Origin: Escherichia coli
GTDB lineage: Bacteria; Pseudomonadota; Gammaproteobacteria; Enterobacterales; Enterobacteriaceae
Direction: 5' to 3' (one strand)
Assembly: GCF_045037415.1 (NCBI RefSeq)
Contig: NZ_CP173440.1
DNA length: 64,000 nt
The translations under genes and the position numbers were made by a program. The notes below the pieces were generated by a model, which worked only from the letters and a program-made list of their open reading frames with translations, searched no databases and was not told where the DNA came from. Every line of letters starts with the position of its first letter. The first letter of the stretch is position 1. Shown piece after piece: positions 10,080 to 19,277 of the stretch.

Positions 10080-10658
10080 TCAAACCACTCCACCATAAAC
10101 ACTCACTGTTTATGAGCGATGTTACGGATCCTGAGGTAAGAAGCAAGTCTAATGAGACTGAGCAAGACAGCAGGGAAGGAATTTTTAACTATGAATCCAC
10201 TTTTATGATCAGAAGGTTATGCATAAAAACATTCAAACACCATTATTGAATGATTTATTTAATCACTAGTTATCTGAATAAATGTTATCACTATCTTAAC
10301 ATTACATACATAAATTAATTTACATCTGAAAATGATAATGAAATTAATAACAAACAACATTGTGTAATTTCCTTCTTATAATTTTCCACTGTTTATGAGA
10401 TGTGTCCCCCTCTTTAATTCAAAATTAGCCGCCTAAAGAAATTTAAGGGATTGACGAAGCGACTTTAAATGCAAGAATAGATATGCACGTTGTTCTTAGT
10501 AATGAAAGATACATAGGAAAGAGCTGTGTTTTCGTTCTTAAAGGTCAACATAGTGCGTACAAAATATGTTTTATTACAATCAAAATGCGGGATTTCATTG
10601 ACTAAACATTTATATGTGGAAAAATAGATTCATCCCGTATCACTCAAAAAGGTAACAT

Positions 10659-10907
10659 ATGATAATCCGTGACAAGATTACCGCAGAATTGAATTACCAG
10701 GCATCTGTAGAAGGAGAGACGGGTAATATAAAAATGTGTCGCATTATTCTGGGGGCTGTGAACAACATGGTTGTTTACAATACAATGGTAAAGGTAAAGA
10801 AAGCACCAGGTTCTGACTCAAAAACCGATGATGAGCAGTATTTCCACTATGTAAAGCCCTGGGTGGTTCCGTTCATTGAAAAAATGCATGCAGTCAATGA
10901 CAAATGA
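10659..10907 (+). CDS. hypothetical protein
   Basis: 82-aa ORF; AAAGG SD-like sequence upstream. Confidence 0.45.
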   Translation: MIIRDKITAELNYQASVEGETGNIKMCRIILGAVNNMVVYNTMVKVKKAPGSDSKTDDEQYFHYVKPWVVPFIEKMHAVNDK

Positions 10908-10934
10908 ATGCAGCATAACTGAAAGGAACAACTC

Positions 10935-11248
10935 ATGGCATTACTGATATCAGCAGACGATCGCATTACATATGCCCTCTGGACATGGAAGGTAGCCGTG
11001 ATAATGACGGTGCATTCTCGCTTGCAGATATGCAACAACTGGTCGGTGGTTACATTGAAGCTGTGAAGCTCAACCCTGTAATCGTTCATGAAAACATTCG
11101 ATATTGCTGGTTGATTATTAATGAAGAAGGAAAGCTTCTATCCTTACCAGTAAATAAAAATGCAACTCTTCTGGTTAAAAGCGTTATCAGCCCTGGCGAC
11201 TATATAGTCGGAAATGCGTTGATGCTCGAAGAAACCGAATTTCAATAG
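10935..11248 (+). pseudogene. DUF3846-like gene, apparently frameshifted near 10975
   Basis: MALLISADDRITYA (frame from ATG 10935) and ...DGAFSLADMQQLVGGYIEAVKL...EEGKLLSLPVN (track ORF 10985..11248) are the N- and C-parts of one family. They sit in different frames across the GCCCTCTGG run. Confidence 0.45.
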
Positions 11249-11300
11249 CGTAACACCATGGCTTTGAATGTTTTTTTATGAAGTTTTGGTCTTTATATTA

Positions 11301-11322
11301 GCCTGTCATTGACAGGCTTTTT
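11301..11322 (+). terminator. rho-independent terminator
   Basis: GCCTGTC-ATT-GACAGGC followed by TTTTTT. Confidence 0.6.
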
Positions 11323-11362
11323 TATAAAAATCATGGTGTTGGGATTTAATCCAGGTGCAAGC

Positions 11363-11377
11363 AGAAAGTTACTTTCT
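11363..11377. promoter_or_regulatory. palindromic motif copy AGAAAGTTACTTTCT
   Basis: Exact core 11365-11375; overlaps the stop of 11369..11662, between convergent genes. Confidence 0.5.
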
Positions 11378-11662
11378 TTTTGACGTTCCTGAGGAAATAT
11401 TTAGAGCTAATATATCAGGTTTAACATTAACCAGTTGCAATAAACATTCTCTATGGCCATATGTGCTACCTCCGGATTTATCGATATAGACTTCACCATT
11501 AGCTCTCTTTCTTTCCCTTCCGTAACGTGCTGCGTATGCTTCTGGCATATTTTTTGAGCAAATCTCGCAAGGCCCTAGGTAGTCACTACTCCGACCCGTT
11601 GCTCTGGTGACTTTAACCATACGACCTGTCGGTTCATTTTGAATCATTACAATCCCCCCCAT
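11369..11662 (-). CDS. hypothetical protein
   Basis: 97-aa ORF; Cys/His pattern (CEIC...HREC). Confidence 0.55.
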   Translation of the reverse strand: MGGIVMIQNEPTGRMVKVTRATGRSSDYLGPCEICSKNMPEAYAARYGRERKRANGEVYIDKSGGSTYGHRECLLQLVNVKPDILALNISSGTSKRK

Positions 11663-11691
11663 CTAATCTAAATGAAATATAGGATTCGTGC

Positions 11692-11931
11692 CTACCCATT
11701 AAAATAGTTAAAAATTAGCAAGCCAAACACACCAAATACACTAAAATAGAACGTAGCAACAATGATTCTGGCAGACACAGTAGGTGTCATCCTTGCATTG
11801 AATGCACAGATGAAAAGCGCAATGGTTGCAACAGTTTTTATAATGTAGCCTGGAAATACATTGCTTTCGCCAATAATCTTGCCGACTTGTGAGCTTAATA
11901 GGCAAAAAATGAGAATAACCAGCGGGCTCAA
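11692..11931 (-). CDS. small membrane protein
   Basis: 79 aa with 3 hydrophobic helices. Confidence 0.5.
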   Translation of the reverse strand: MSPLVILIFCLLSSQVGKIIGESNVFPGYIIKTVATIALFICAFNARMTPTVSARIIVATFYFSVFGVFGLLIFNYFNG

Positions 11932-12040
11932 CCATTTTTGGTTTCGACTAAAGTAAGAATCACTTTTTTGTTTTGCATACTCATATATTTTTTCCTTTTT
12001 TTGAATGGTATTCTGCTGATATCATCTGCTTTGTTGTTAA

Positions 12041-12051
12041 AAAGTTACTTT
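12041..12051. promoter_or_regulatory. palindromic motif copy
   Basis: Exact AAAGTTACTTT, 110 nt upstream of the start at 11931. Confidence 0.5.
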
Positions 12052-12707
12052 TTGCGAGTCGTGTTCTTGCATGCGATAAAAACAAGCAGACCAACCACAC
12101 AAATTGTGAGGAAGAACGCTTGCAATTGGCTCCTGAGATCATCCATTGCTTGAGATTCGTTTAATGGCGTCGTTCTATGAAGATCGTTGTTCTCAATGTC
12201 GACTTTTAGCTTTTGAGCGTCTGCACCCAAATCCTCCACCATTAACTCAATCATGTCATTTTTTGTTGATTTTAAAACATTTGCTTCGGCAGTTATATTT
12301 TTAGAGATGACCGCATCATGGCTTTGTTTTTGGCTTTCAAGTATAGAGATCAGACGCTAAATGCTAGAATTCAACTCTTCGCTGGATGAGTTGTTTTTAT
12401 TCAATGATGAGATCAGTTGATCGATTTTTTCTTGTTCAAGTTAGTTCTTCAGCTGCATGAATATTTTATTGGTCAGTTCCTCCTGACTTTGATTAAGCAC
12501 GTTGTGCTCAGATATTTTTGCAGAAGTAGTGTTTCTTTCATTAATCAGATCAGTTAAGTGGTTCAACCCCGGTAAATCGCTAGACTCAAATTTATCATTG
12601 GCTGGTTCATCAATACTGCTGGCAAAGCTACCAGGGCTCATGAATGCAGTCAGAAGAATGACTGGCAGGGATGACCGAAAGAAGGGAGAAAATTTCGAGG
12701 ATTTCAT
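12045..12707 (-). pseudogene. secreted coiled-coil protein with C-terminal TM anchor, interrupted by two in-frame stops
   Basis: Track ORFs 12441..12707 (signal peptide) and 12045..12254 (C-terminal TM) share one frame. Between them lies open sequence broken only by TAA (12441-12443) and TAG (12357-12359). Confidence 0.6.
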
Positions 12708-12758
12708 AAAAATAGCCTGAGTAGTAGAGAAAGTGGTCTATCTATCGTACAGGCCAGT

Positions 12759-12769
12759 TAAGTTACTTT
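12759..12769. promoter_or_regulatory. palindromic motif copy (10/11)
   Basis: TAAGTTACTTT, 52 nt upstream of the start at 12707. Confidence 0.4.
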
Positions 12770-12865
12770 TCTGATTTAAATGCTCATAAACAAGGTTTAA
12801 ATATTTTTTTTTGCAAACGGATAACCAGAGGTATGCCCCAGGGACATAGAGGGGCACAAATCTGC

Positions 12866-13174
12866 TCAGCATCCCATCATCCGTTCCATTTTTTCCATTT
12901 GGCTCAGCTCATCCAGTTCACGCTGTTCACGCCGTCTTTCCACTAACGCTCTTTTTTCGCCGAAAGACATCTCGCGGATATTTGGAACTTTCACTTTCCC
13001 GCTGCCTTTACAGGTAGTGCAAAGGACATCATAGGCACCGTTAACGATCCTTTGCCGTTCCTCTGGCTCAATATCGTAAAGTTCAGAGTTGGTAAAACCA
13101 TCTGAAAATGCAGGGTTGTCCATGCTACCGTGGCCATCACAGTGATGGCAAATTGCCCAATAAAAGTTTCCCAT
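12866..13174 (-). CDS. DnaJ-type zinc-finger protein
   Basis: CHHCDGHG and CTTCKGSG (CxxCxGxG repeats). Confidence 0.6.
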   Translation of the reverse strand: MGNFYWAICHHCDGHGSMDNPAFSDGFTNSELYDIEPEERQRIVNGAYDVLCTTCKGSGKVKVPNIREMSFGEKRALVERRREQRELDELSQMEKMERMMGC

Positions 13175-13468
13175 AATGCCTTCCTCAATCTGCTGTTACA
13201 CCACTCATCGTATGTTTTTAGCGGCTTATCGGTGGTTACGTCATTACACTTACAATTATATGCCGTAGGAGGAACATATTTTGCAATCACATCTATGTGG
13301 TGGCTCATGTTTTTCAAAGCACGTCAATGTATGCAGTCTGAGCGGAGGAATACGGCGAAATACGGTATGACCGCAGCTAAGTCGTAAGACCCAGATCCTG
13401 CCTCCTCTTTCTCCAGTTGTGATGTCAATGTGTACAACATCCCTCCAGACCTTTTTCATTTTGGTTTC

Positions 13469-13903
13469 TTATCCAGGCTTTTTGCTGTTTTTATCAAAGG
13501 GAGGATCAATTACCATATCCGCAGCTTTGTCCCACTCACTTGGGGTCACTGCTCCCGTCAGGTACGCAATCCTCATACCTATTGTAGGTCTGCCCGCTTT
13601 CATGAGATACGCCGCTGCACCTGCACACATAGCATCTTTCGTTGAAGGGGTGTACAAGCCATCTTCAAATTGCCCGCCAGCAATAGAATGTACAATTTTA
13701 TGGCAGTAAAAGGTTGTGTGATCATCTTTTAGCAGGGTATCGATAATGGACGATAGACGACCAGGGCTCAGATGGATGGCCCCTTCTTTCCTGAAAGGGC
13801 AGTTAGCACAGGGCATCTTTAACCGAAACATATCTTTGATGCGGAAATGCCCCCCAGCACCCAAGGTTGTTGGTTCGATACTGCCTGTTTTATCTTTTTG
13901 CAT
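13469..13903 (-). CDS. hypothetical Cys-rich protein (start uncertain)
   Basis: Track ORF extends to 14026, but that N-terminus overlaps a better small ORF in another frame. Conserved-looking part starts near MQKDK/MFRLKMPCANCPF. Confidence 0.5.
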   Translation of the reverse strand: MQKDKTGSIEPTTLGAGGHFRIKDMFRLKMPCANCPFRKEGAIHLSPGRLSSIIDTLLKDDHTTFYCHKIVHSIAGGQFEDGLYTPSTKDAMCAGAAAYLMKAGRPTIGMRIAYLTGAVTPSEWDKAADMVIDPPFDKNSKKPG

Positions 13904-13931
13904 ACTTGCACCAACCGTGATAAACGAAAAT

Positions 13932-14102
13932 TGCTTGTGATTGCAGTCAGCGATCTGAGCACCGTTCCTCTTTTCTCTCTTCTGAATCGTCCCAGCAGTA
14001 TTCTGATATCGCTCTAGTGACAGCAACTGAGTTGTCTTCAGCTAAAACATGATAATCAGCAAACCTAAAGTTATCACACAGTATTACTGTGTAACGCTTC
14101 AT
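13932..14102 (-). CDS. small hypothetical protein (56 aa)
   Basis: Below the track cutoff; GAGGAG SD 5 nt before ATG; MKRYTVILCDNFRFADYHVLAEDN... Confidence 0.4.
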
Positions 14103-14131
14103 TTTTGCTCCTCAGATCTGAGATCTGCAAC

Positions 14132-14752
14132 CTAAACAAGATGGGGGTGTGTTATGTCGTAAAACTGTCCATAAGTTAGTTTCTTGAAGTTTGGGGGGAT
14201 GATAACTGGTTTATTATACCCATCATTCCTGTTAGGTATGGCGAAAGCTAATGCATCCTGCCTTCCAGAGATTGTACCACCGTAAGTTGTCAGGATAGCT
14301 GTAGCGAAAGGGCGATTGGCCACTGGTCCACCGTGGGCGCTGTGCATGATGCCAAAATGATTAATTATGTATGAAGACCAGCATGGGAAAGGACCGAGTT
14401 TGTTATTAACATTTTTAATAATTACATCGAGTTTTTTGTTGAATTCCCGCCCATCCGATGTATTTCCTTTCCCCCGGGCTACAATCACCGGTACCTTATC
14501 CATATAGCTTCGTCTTTTGATCGTGATTTCGCACGGGAATTTGTGATCTGCTTTCCAGACGAATGACTGTATTTTATCCCCCTTATCACCAAAACTCTGG
14601 GAGTCGACCCAGCCTACGGCTTCAACGAGTGTCATGGCTTCTTTAATTAATTCTGACCGCTTCTGTGAAATCGGCTCGAAGGACTCAATTAGAGCCTGAA
14701 TCTCTGGCCCTTCCACAATATAGTAATCATAAAACTTCACATGGTCGGACAT
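14132..14752 (-). CDS. hypothetical protein
   Basis: 206-aa ORF. Confidence 0.6.
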   Translation of the reverse strand: MSDHVKFYDYYIVEGPEIQALIESFEPISQKRSELIKEAMTLVEAVGWVDSQSFGDKGDKIQSFVWKADHKFPCEITIKRRSYMDKVPVIVARGKGNTSDGREFNKKLDVIIKNVNNKLGPFPCWSSYIINHFGIMHSAHGGPVANRPFATAILTTYGGTISGRQDALAFAIPNRNDGYNKPVIIPPNFKKLTYGQFYDITHPHLV

Positions 14753-14793
14753 TGTGCTTTCCTTTTAATAATATTGGTTTGGGTGCCATCAAA

Positions 14794-14806
14794 GAAAGTT
14801 ACTTTC
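14794..14806. promoter_or_regulatory. palindromic motif copy GAAAGTTACTTTC
   Basis: 42 nt upstream of the start at 14752. Confidence 0.55.
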
Positions 14807-14818
14807 CGTGCGTCTAGT

Positions 14819-15037
14819 CTAGAGGCCTAGTACCTCTTTCATTTGCTTTTGCGTTCTGATGGCTTTTGCCAGCGTTAGATCAACATCTCCCCTGTATCCC
14901 GTACCATCAGGTAAAATAACCAGACGCACCATTTTTCTGTTAGGTTTACAAATCTCTATCCTGTCTCCTTTGCGAAATACAGAGTATCCTTTTTTACTTG
15001 CCTCAGAGACTAATTTTTCAATGCCTTTACTTGCCAT
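14819..15037 (-). CDS. hypothetical protein
   Basis: 72-aa ORF. Confidence 0.5.
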   Translation of the reverse strand: MASKGIEKLVSEASKKGYSVFRKGDRIEICKPNRKMVRLVILPDGTGYRGDVDLTLAKAIRTQKQMKEVLGL

Positions 15038-15072
15038 AAGTTAGCCTTACTCGGATTGAATCAGTATTAAAA

Positions 15073-15345
15073 TTAAATATACAGTACCAGGAAGCCACAA
15101 GGTCGACAACAGCAAGGAAAAATTTCATCCTGTCCAACATAATCCAGCGGGTCATTATCATACTTCACTTCACCCGATTTTTTCTTGAGTCGACATGCAC
15201 CGCAATAACCAGAACGGCATTGTGATTCCACCTGGATGCCTGCTGATTCCAGTTGTTCCAAGATAGTAGTAACGGCATCTTCGCCAGTTATAACTGCCTC
15301 ACTCTGTTCGGTAGAAACAATCTGACAATTAAAGTTAGCTGACAT
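15073..15345 (-). CDS. [2Fe-2S] ferredoxin, YfaE-like
   Basis: QCRSGYCGACRL (C-x4-C-x2-C) plus FPCCCRP, as in E. coli YfaE. Confidence 0.75.
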   Translation of the reverse strand: MSANFNCQIVSTEQSEAVITGEDAVTTILEQLESAGIQVESQCRSGYCGACRLKKKSGEVKYDNDPLDYVGQDEIFPCCCRPCGFLVLYI

Positions 15346-15623
15346 AACGCCCCCTTGGTAGTTGGTTCATTATATCACTTCCAGATGCCACCATAACCCC
15401 CTTAATTATTTGGCAACAGGAAAAAAAACCTTAGTTAATTCACCTCGTCATAAACAGCCAGAAATAACCACTTGGGGTTTCCCTCAAAAAACAAAATGAA
15501 AACACCCCGCCCAAAAACTGCGAATGTTTTTGAAATATCACTCACCTTTTCTCTTCTAAATTTAAAATGACCCCTTGTCGTAGCGTTTTAATATGCAATC
15601 ATATTCATAACAAAGGAGGAAAT

Positions 15624-15935
15624 ATGATTCATTCATTTGAAGAAAAAAATCTTGAGAAGTTATTTACGAGCGGGAAATCGCAGTCAGGGCTTCCTACGGA
15701 TATTACTAACAGTCTTAAAAGAGCCCTTAATGAGTTACACGCTGCGGGAAGCGAAGCCGACCTGATCCGTCTTAAAAGCCGTAACTATGAAAAAATCCAC
15801 CATACGCGGTTACGCGAACGTGAAAGGGCGGGCGATATGTCCTCTATCCGCGTGTCTTCAAAATACCGCCTGCTGTTTACGTGGGCCAATGGTGGGGCTA
15901 ATCGGGTCAAACTTACCGCTCATGCCCATGCTTAA
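15624..15935 (+). CDS. HigB-like toxin (RelE/ParE superfamily)
   Basis: MIHSFEEKNLEKLFTSGKSQSGLP...YRLLFTWANG resembles the HigB 'killer protein' family. AAAGGAGGA SD before ATG 15624. Confidence 0.6.
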   Translation: MIHSFEEKNLEKLFTSGKSQSGLPTDITNSLKRALNELHAAGSEADLIRLKSRNYEKIHHTRLRERERAGDMSSIRVSSKYRLLFTWANGGANRVKLTAHAHA

Positions 15936-15946
15936 GGAATTGTTGA

Positions 15947-16264
15947 ATGCACCATGTAGCAGAGCATCCTGAGGAAGAAATCCGGGCTATCGAGTTATAT
16001 ACATTGTTGGGCCGGGAAGGCGTGCAGGTGCGTCTGAACAGTCTCTCTGTTAAGGCTATATCTCGTTGGGAGCAAGCTCTACCTTTGCCTCCTGATTTTA
16101 CGGGGACACCATTTGATTTTCTGACGGATGCTGAACGCGAAGAAAGGCATCTTTTGTTAATCGGACAGATGCTCTGCATTGATGAACAGGCAGAGGCCCG
16201 CGAGCGTATCAAACAGCGTTTAGCCAGTCGTAGGAAAGGTAGCAGCCAGCAAAATGCTGACTGA
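15947..16264 (+). CDS. putative cognate antitoxin (divergent HigA-like HTH)
   Basis: Starts 12 nt after the toxin stop. HPEEEI...LSVKAISRWEQ layout resembles HigA. Weak. Confidence 0.4.
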   Translation: MHHVAEHPEEEIRAIELYTLLGREGVQVRLNSLSVKAISRWEQALPLPPDFTGTPFDFLTDAEREERHLLLIGQMLCIDEQAEARERIKQRLASRRKGSSQQNAD

Positions 16265-16293
16265 ACCAGTCAAAGCAAATATATGGGACGACA

Positions 16294-16683
16294 ATGTTAG
16301 AGAAAATTTATTACCTTGCCCTTTTTCTGATTGCGATTTGCATTATTCGCGGTTTAGTTTTCGCATGGAGCAGACGCAGTCCATTGGCCCTGACGTTGAC
16401 CATCAGTGCCCTGGTGATTTGTCTGGCTTTCCATACTCTGGATAACTCGGTAGCAACAGGTATGGATCAGATATTGTCCGGTACAAGGGACTTTACACAG
16501 TGTGACTTCATTGACCAGCAATCAGCTGAAATCAGCGGTCGTGGCTATCCGGTCGTTGTCCTAATGTGCGATGACGGTCAACAGGTTGTTAATGCTGACG
16601 TTTACTCACGACAGCTGATGCAGAATCAGGATTGCAACACGTTCAGGGGGGTGACAAGTTGTCACTTACTGCCAGAAAAGTAA
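16294..16683 (+). CDS. membrane-anchored hypothetical protein
   Basis: 129 aa with two N-terminal TM helices. Confidence 0.5.
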   Translation: MLEKIYYLALFLIAICIIRGLVFAWSRRSPLALTLTISALVICLAFHTLDNSVATGMDQILSGTRDFTQCDFIDQQSAEISGRGYPVVVLMCDDGQQVVNADVYSRQLMQNQDCNTFRGVTSCHLLPEK

Positions 16684-16687
16684 CTTT
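16677..16687. promoter_or_regulatory. palindromic motif copy
   Basis: Exact AAAGTAACTTT supplying the stop codon of the previous ORF; 127 nt upstream of ATG 16814. Confidence 0.5.
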
Positions 16688-16813
16688 CGATAAAAATAAT
16701 TATCCGCTGCGGCATTTGTAGCGGTTATGCGAGGAAGCTTACTTTCAAATCTGATAATCTTTCTGAAGTAAACATGCAGTGAACGAAAAACCTTATTAAT
16801 CATAGAGAAAACA

Positions 16814-17548
16814 ATGAATTTTAACGACGAGCAGAATAATGCCAGCGACAAACATGCAGATGATCCTGTGCAATCAGGACAGAGCGAACAAAACACAATT
16901 AGGATTCTTAAACCAGGATCAAATAACGACCTGATTGACCAACTTCGTGGTGGGCCTCTGGACAAAACATCCGTTAACTATGAATACCACTCACCGGATC
17001 CTACTGAAACTGCCCAACGTCTTGCTTTAATTAATTATTTGTGTGCCGGAGAAGAAAAAATGGTGCCTTTTAATCCTGTTAATTTGCTTCAAATTATGTC
17101 ATCTCACAAGATGGAGACAGATGATGTTGCGCTAATCGCCGGTACCGATTCTGTTGCAGTGGAGTCCTGGTTCCAGGATGGGGTCGCCAGTGAGACAGCA
17201 CTGCACAACATCGCATGTGCGGTCGGGGTATCGACGGAATGGATTCGGGGCTTTGTCTCCGGTAAAGATGAAACCCTTAAGGCAAACAGTGAAGGCCTGA
17301 CGAAAGAGTTGCAGAATCTTCCCCCTGAAGAAATCGCCGTTCTGGCAAAAAGCTTCAGTTTGCGTTTGAAAGAAATCAGCGAAGCCGGGTCGATCGTCTC
17401 ACTTAATGAGGTTTACAATAGTGATACCGAAGAGCTCCTAGCTATTTATCGGCTAATGCCTGAAACAGAAAGACAAAATCTATATCGTGTTGTTTGTTTA
17501 AGACACAAAGAACTATCACGACTTTACGAAAAATATATTAAATCTTAA
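16814..17548 (+). CDS. hypothetical protein (possible HTH)
   Basis: 244-aa ORF; IACAVGVSTEWIRGF is HTH-like. Confidence 0.55.
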   Translation: MNFNDEQNNASDKHADDPVQSGQSEQNTIRILKPGSNNDLIDQLRGGPLDKTSVNYEYHSPDPTETAQRLALINYLCAGEEKMVPFNPVNLLQIMSSHKMETDDVALIAGTDSVAVESWFQDGVASETALHNIACAVGVSTEWIRGFVSGKDETLKANSEGLTKELQNLPPEEIAVLAKSFSLRLKEISEAGSIVSLNEVYNSDTEELLAIYRLMPETERQNLYRVVCLRHKELSRLYEKYIKS

Positions 17549-17578
17549 CAACGATTTAATAATGCAGTCTGGCTCCCG

Positions 17579-17610
17579 AACTGGACATTTGCGAAAGCAT
17601 GTGTCCAGTT
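17579..17610 (+). terminator. rho-independent terminator
   Basis: AACTGGACA...TGTCCAGTT stem followed by a T-rich tract. Confidence 0.55.
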
Positions 17611-17796
17611 GTTTATTTCCCCTCCAGGCTTTCAATGAAACAGTTAATCCTTCATAATCACTGGATGATTACAAATTATTTCCTCTATTAATTCACCCCC
17701 CCCCTGGTCAAAGCATTTGTATCTGGCATAATGGTTATGTCGGGGACACCCCAACCTCCCGAAAATAAATCCTCAGCTACTTAATATTCGCAGGAT

Positions 17797-17976
17797 ATGC
17801 CAATGCCAACTAAGAATGAGGCTTTAAATTTATTAGCGGTTGCGATTCAGGCCGCAACCGACAGTGGTCTTTTCGATAATGAGATGTTAGGCGCTGTTGC
17901 TAACGCAGACTCCATTAATGATTTCTGTGATGCCGTATCTTTTTTGTCCGGAGAAAAAAACAAACTCCAACAGTAA
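17797..17976 (+). CDS. small hypothetical protein (59 aa)
   Basis: Below the track cutoff; MPMPTKNEALNLLAVAIQAATDSG... Confidence 0.35.
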   Translation: MPMPTKNEALNLLAVAIQAATDSGLFDNEMLGAVANADSINDFCDAVSFLSGEKNKLQQ

Positions 17977-18100
17977 TTCATTATTAATAAATATTTTGTT
18001 CCAAACGGACTCAGTATTGACCCTGAATCACTTACTCATGAGAAGGTCGAGCAATTCATTCAAATCATTAAAACAACACAACAGCTATCAGTGAGGCGAT

Positions 18101-18748
18101 ATGTCGACAGAGAGCAGCTCAAAAATCACTTTTACTTTTAACGGTAAGGCTCCTCAAAACTGGAGAACTGCCTTGAATAGTAAAAAGAAAGGGTCCTGGA
18201 TTGATCCGCAATCCAGCGGCAGCAAAGTACTGCAAGAAATCCTCAGTAACACCGGAATTGATGCGGACAGCCTGAGCGGTAATGATGTTCTGATTTTTTC
18301 GGTGCCCTCTCAGCGTGAGATTTTGTCTGAACTTCTTGGGATCTATGCCGTTTCAGATGCCAGAGTGTTGCTTATTGCCGCTACGCAATTCTGCCCAAAC
18401 CTTTCTGGTGTGCTGGTAACAACCCACCAGCTTCTTTCTGATGGCAGTTCCGTTGCCAGCGAACAAAAAGCTACACGTAACCTTTTGTTCATGACACACA
18501 ACGGTATCTGTATTCAGTGTGATTTTTCTTTGAATCTTGATCCGTCCAAACTACCCGGTGCCCGTTTCTTTGCCTGTGAAGCTGATATGGAACAAGCAGG
18601 TATTGAGCGCTGGGGCGAGAATGGTGGAGATGCCTGGCGTGCCGTAGCTACGATTATGCATGGCGAAAAAATTCTCCTGAATGGTTCCGGCCAGATATTA
18701 AAACTGGATGACAGGCCGGAAGAACGAATTAACGCTGTCAGCAATTAA
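18101..18748 (+). CDS. hypothetical protein
   Basis: 215-aa ORF. Confidence 0.6.
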   Translation: MSTESSSKITFTFNGKAPQNWRTALNSKKKGSWIDPQSSGSKVLQEILSNTGIDADSLSGNDVLIFSVPSQREILSELLGIYAVSDARVLLIAATQFCPNLSGVLVTTHQLLSDGSSVASEQKATRNLLFMTHNGICIQCDFSLNLDPSKLPGARFFACEADMEQAGIERWGENGGDAWRAVATIMHGEKILLNGSGQILKLDDRPEERINAVSN

Positions 18749-18761
18749 ATCCATTTAAAGG

Positions 18762-19016
18762 GTGACGATTATGAACACAACTTTTCTGGGGCAGAGTGAG
18801 TTTATCAAGCATGAAGGTCTTTTATTCTTGTTATCTGACGAAAGCTGTTTAGCTATTAACCATATTGAATGGGCTGAAAAAATATTGTCCAGTGATAATG
18901 TTAAATATCAAAATGGCCGGATGTCTCATGAAGTCGCCTACGAAGTTATGGAAGAATCCCAAGATATCTTATTAGAATATTTGTGTCTGACTTTACCGCA
19001 AGTTCCCACCCGATAA
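18762..19016 (+). CDS. hypothetical protein
   Basis: 84-aa ORF; ATG at 18771 is also possible. Confidence 0.5.
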   Translation: MTIMNTTFLGQSEFIKHEGLLFLLSDESCLAINHIEWAEKILSSDNVKYQNGRMSHEVAYEVMEESQDILLEYLCLTLPQVPTR

Positions 19017-19045
19017 ATTATCTACTTGAATCGAATGAGACTATC

Positions 19046-19072
19046 GAGCCCCCCTGAGTTCAGGAGGGGCTC
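19046..19072 (+). terminator. hairpin terminator
   Basis: GAGCCCC...GGGGCTC stem after the stop at 19016. Confidence 0.5.
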
Positions 19073-19277
19073 TTAACCATAACCAGAGTTCCTTCAGTCA
19101 ATACAATCAGAAGCAAATAGTTTTATCAAAAAATTAATGCAAACCAACCATAAACAGTTAATGTTTATATTGTTGCCAGCAACAACACACATTAAATCTT
19201 CCTTTTTTTATAATCAACCCCTGGCGCACAGAACTAAATGTGAGATAATGGGTTTGTGAAATTCACCGGAGTCTTAT

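Noticed and set aside
12991-13459. Overlapping ORFs 12991..13317 and 13256..13459, possibly one frameshifted gene upstream of the zinc-finger gene.
   Set aside because: I could not decide which frame is real without homologues, so I left them unannotated and did not call a pseudogene.
13469-14026. Full 185-aa track ORF.
   Set aside because: The N-terminal 40 or so codons overlap a 56-aa ORF (13932..14102) in another frame that has a much better SD. The start was moved downstream, which remains uncertain.
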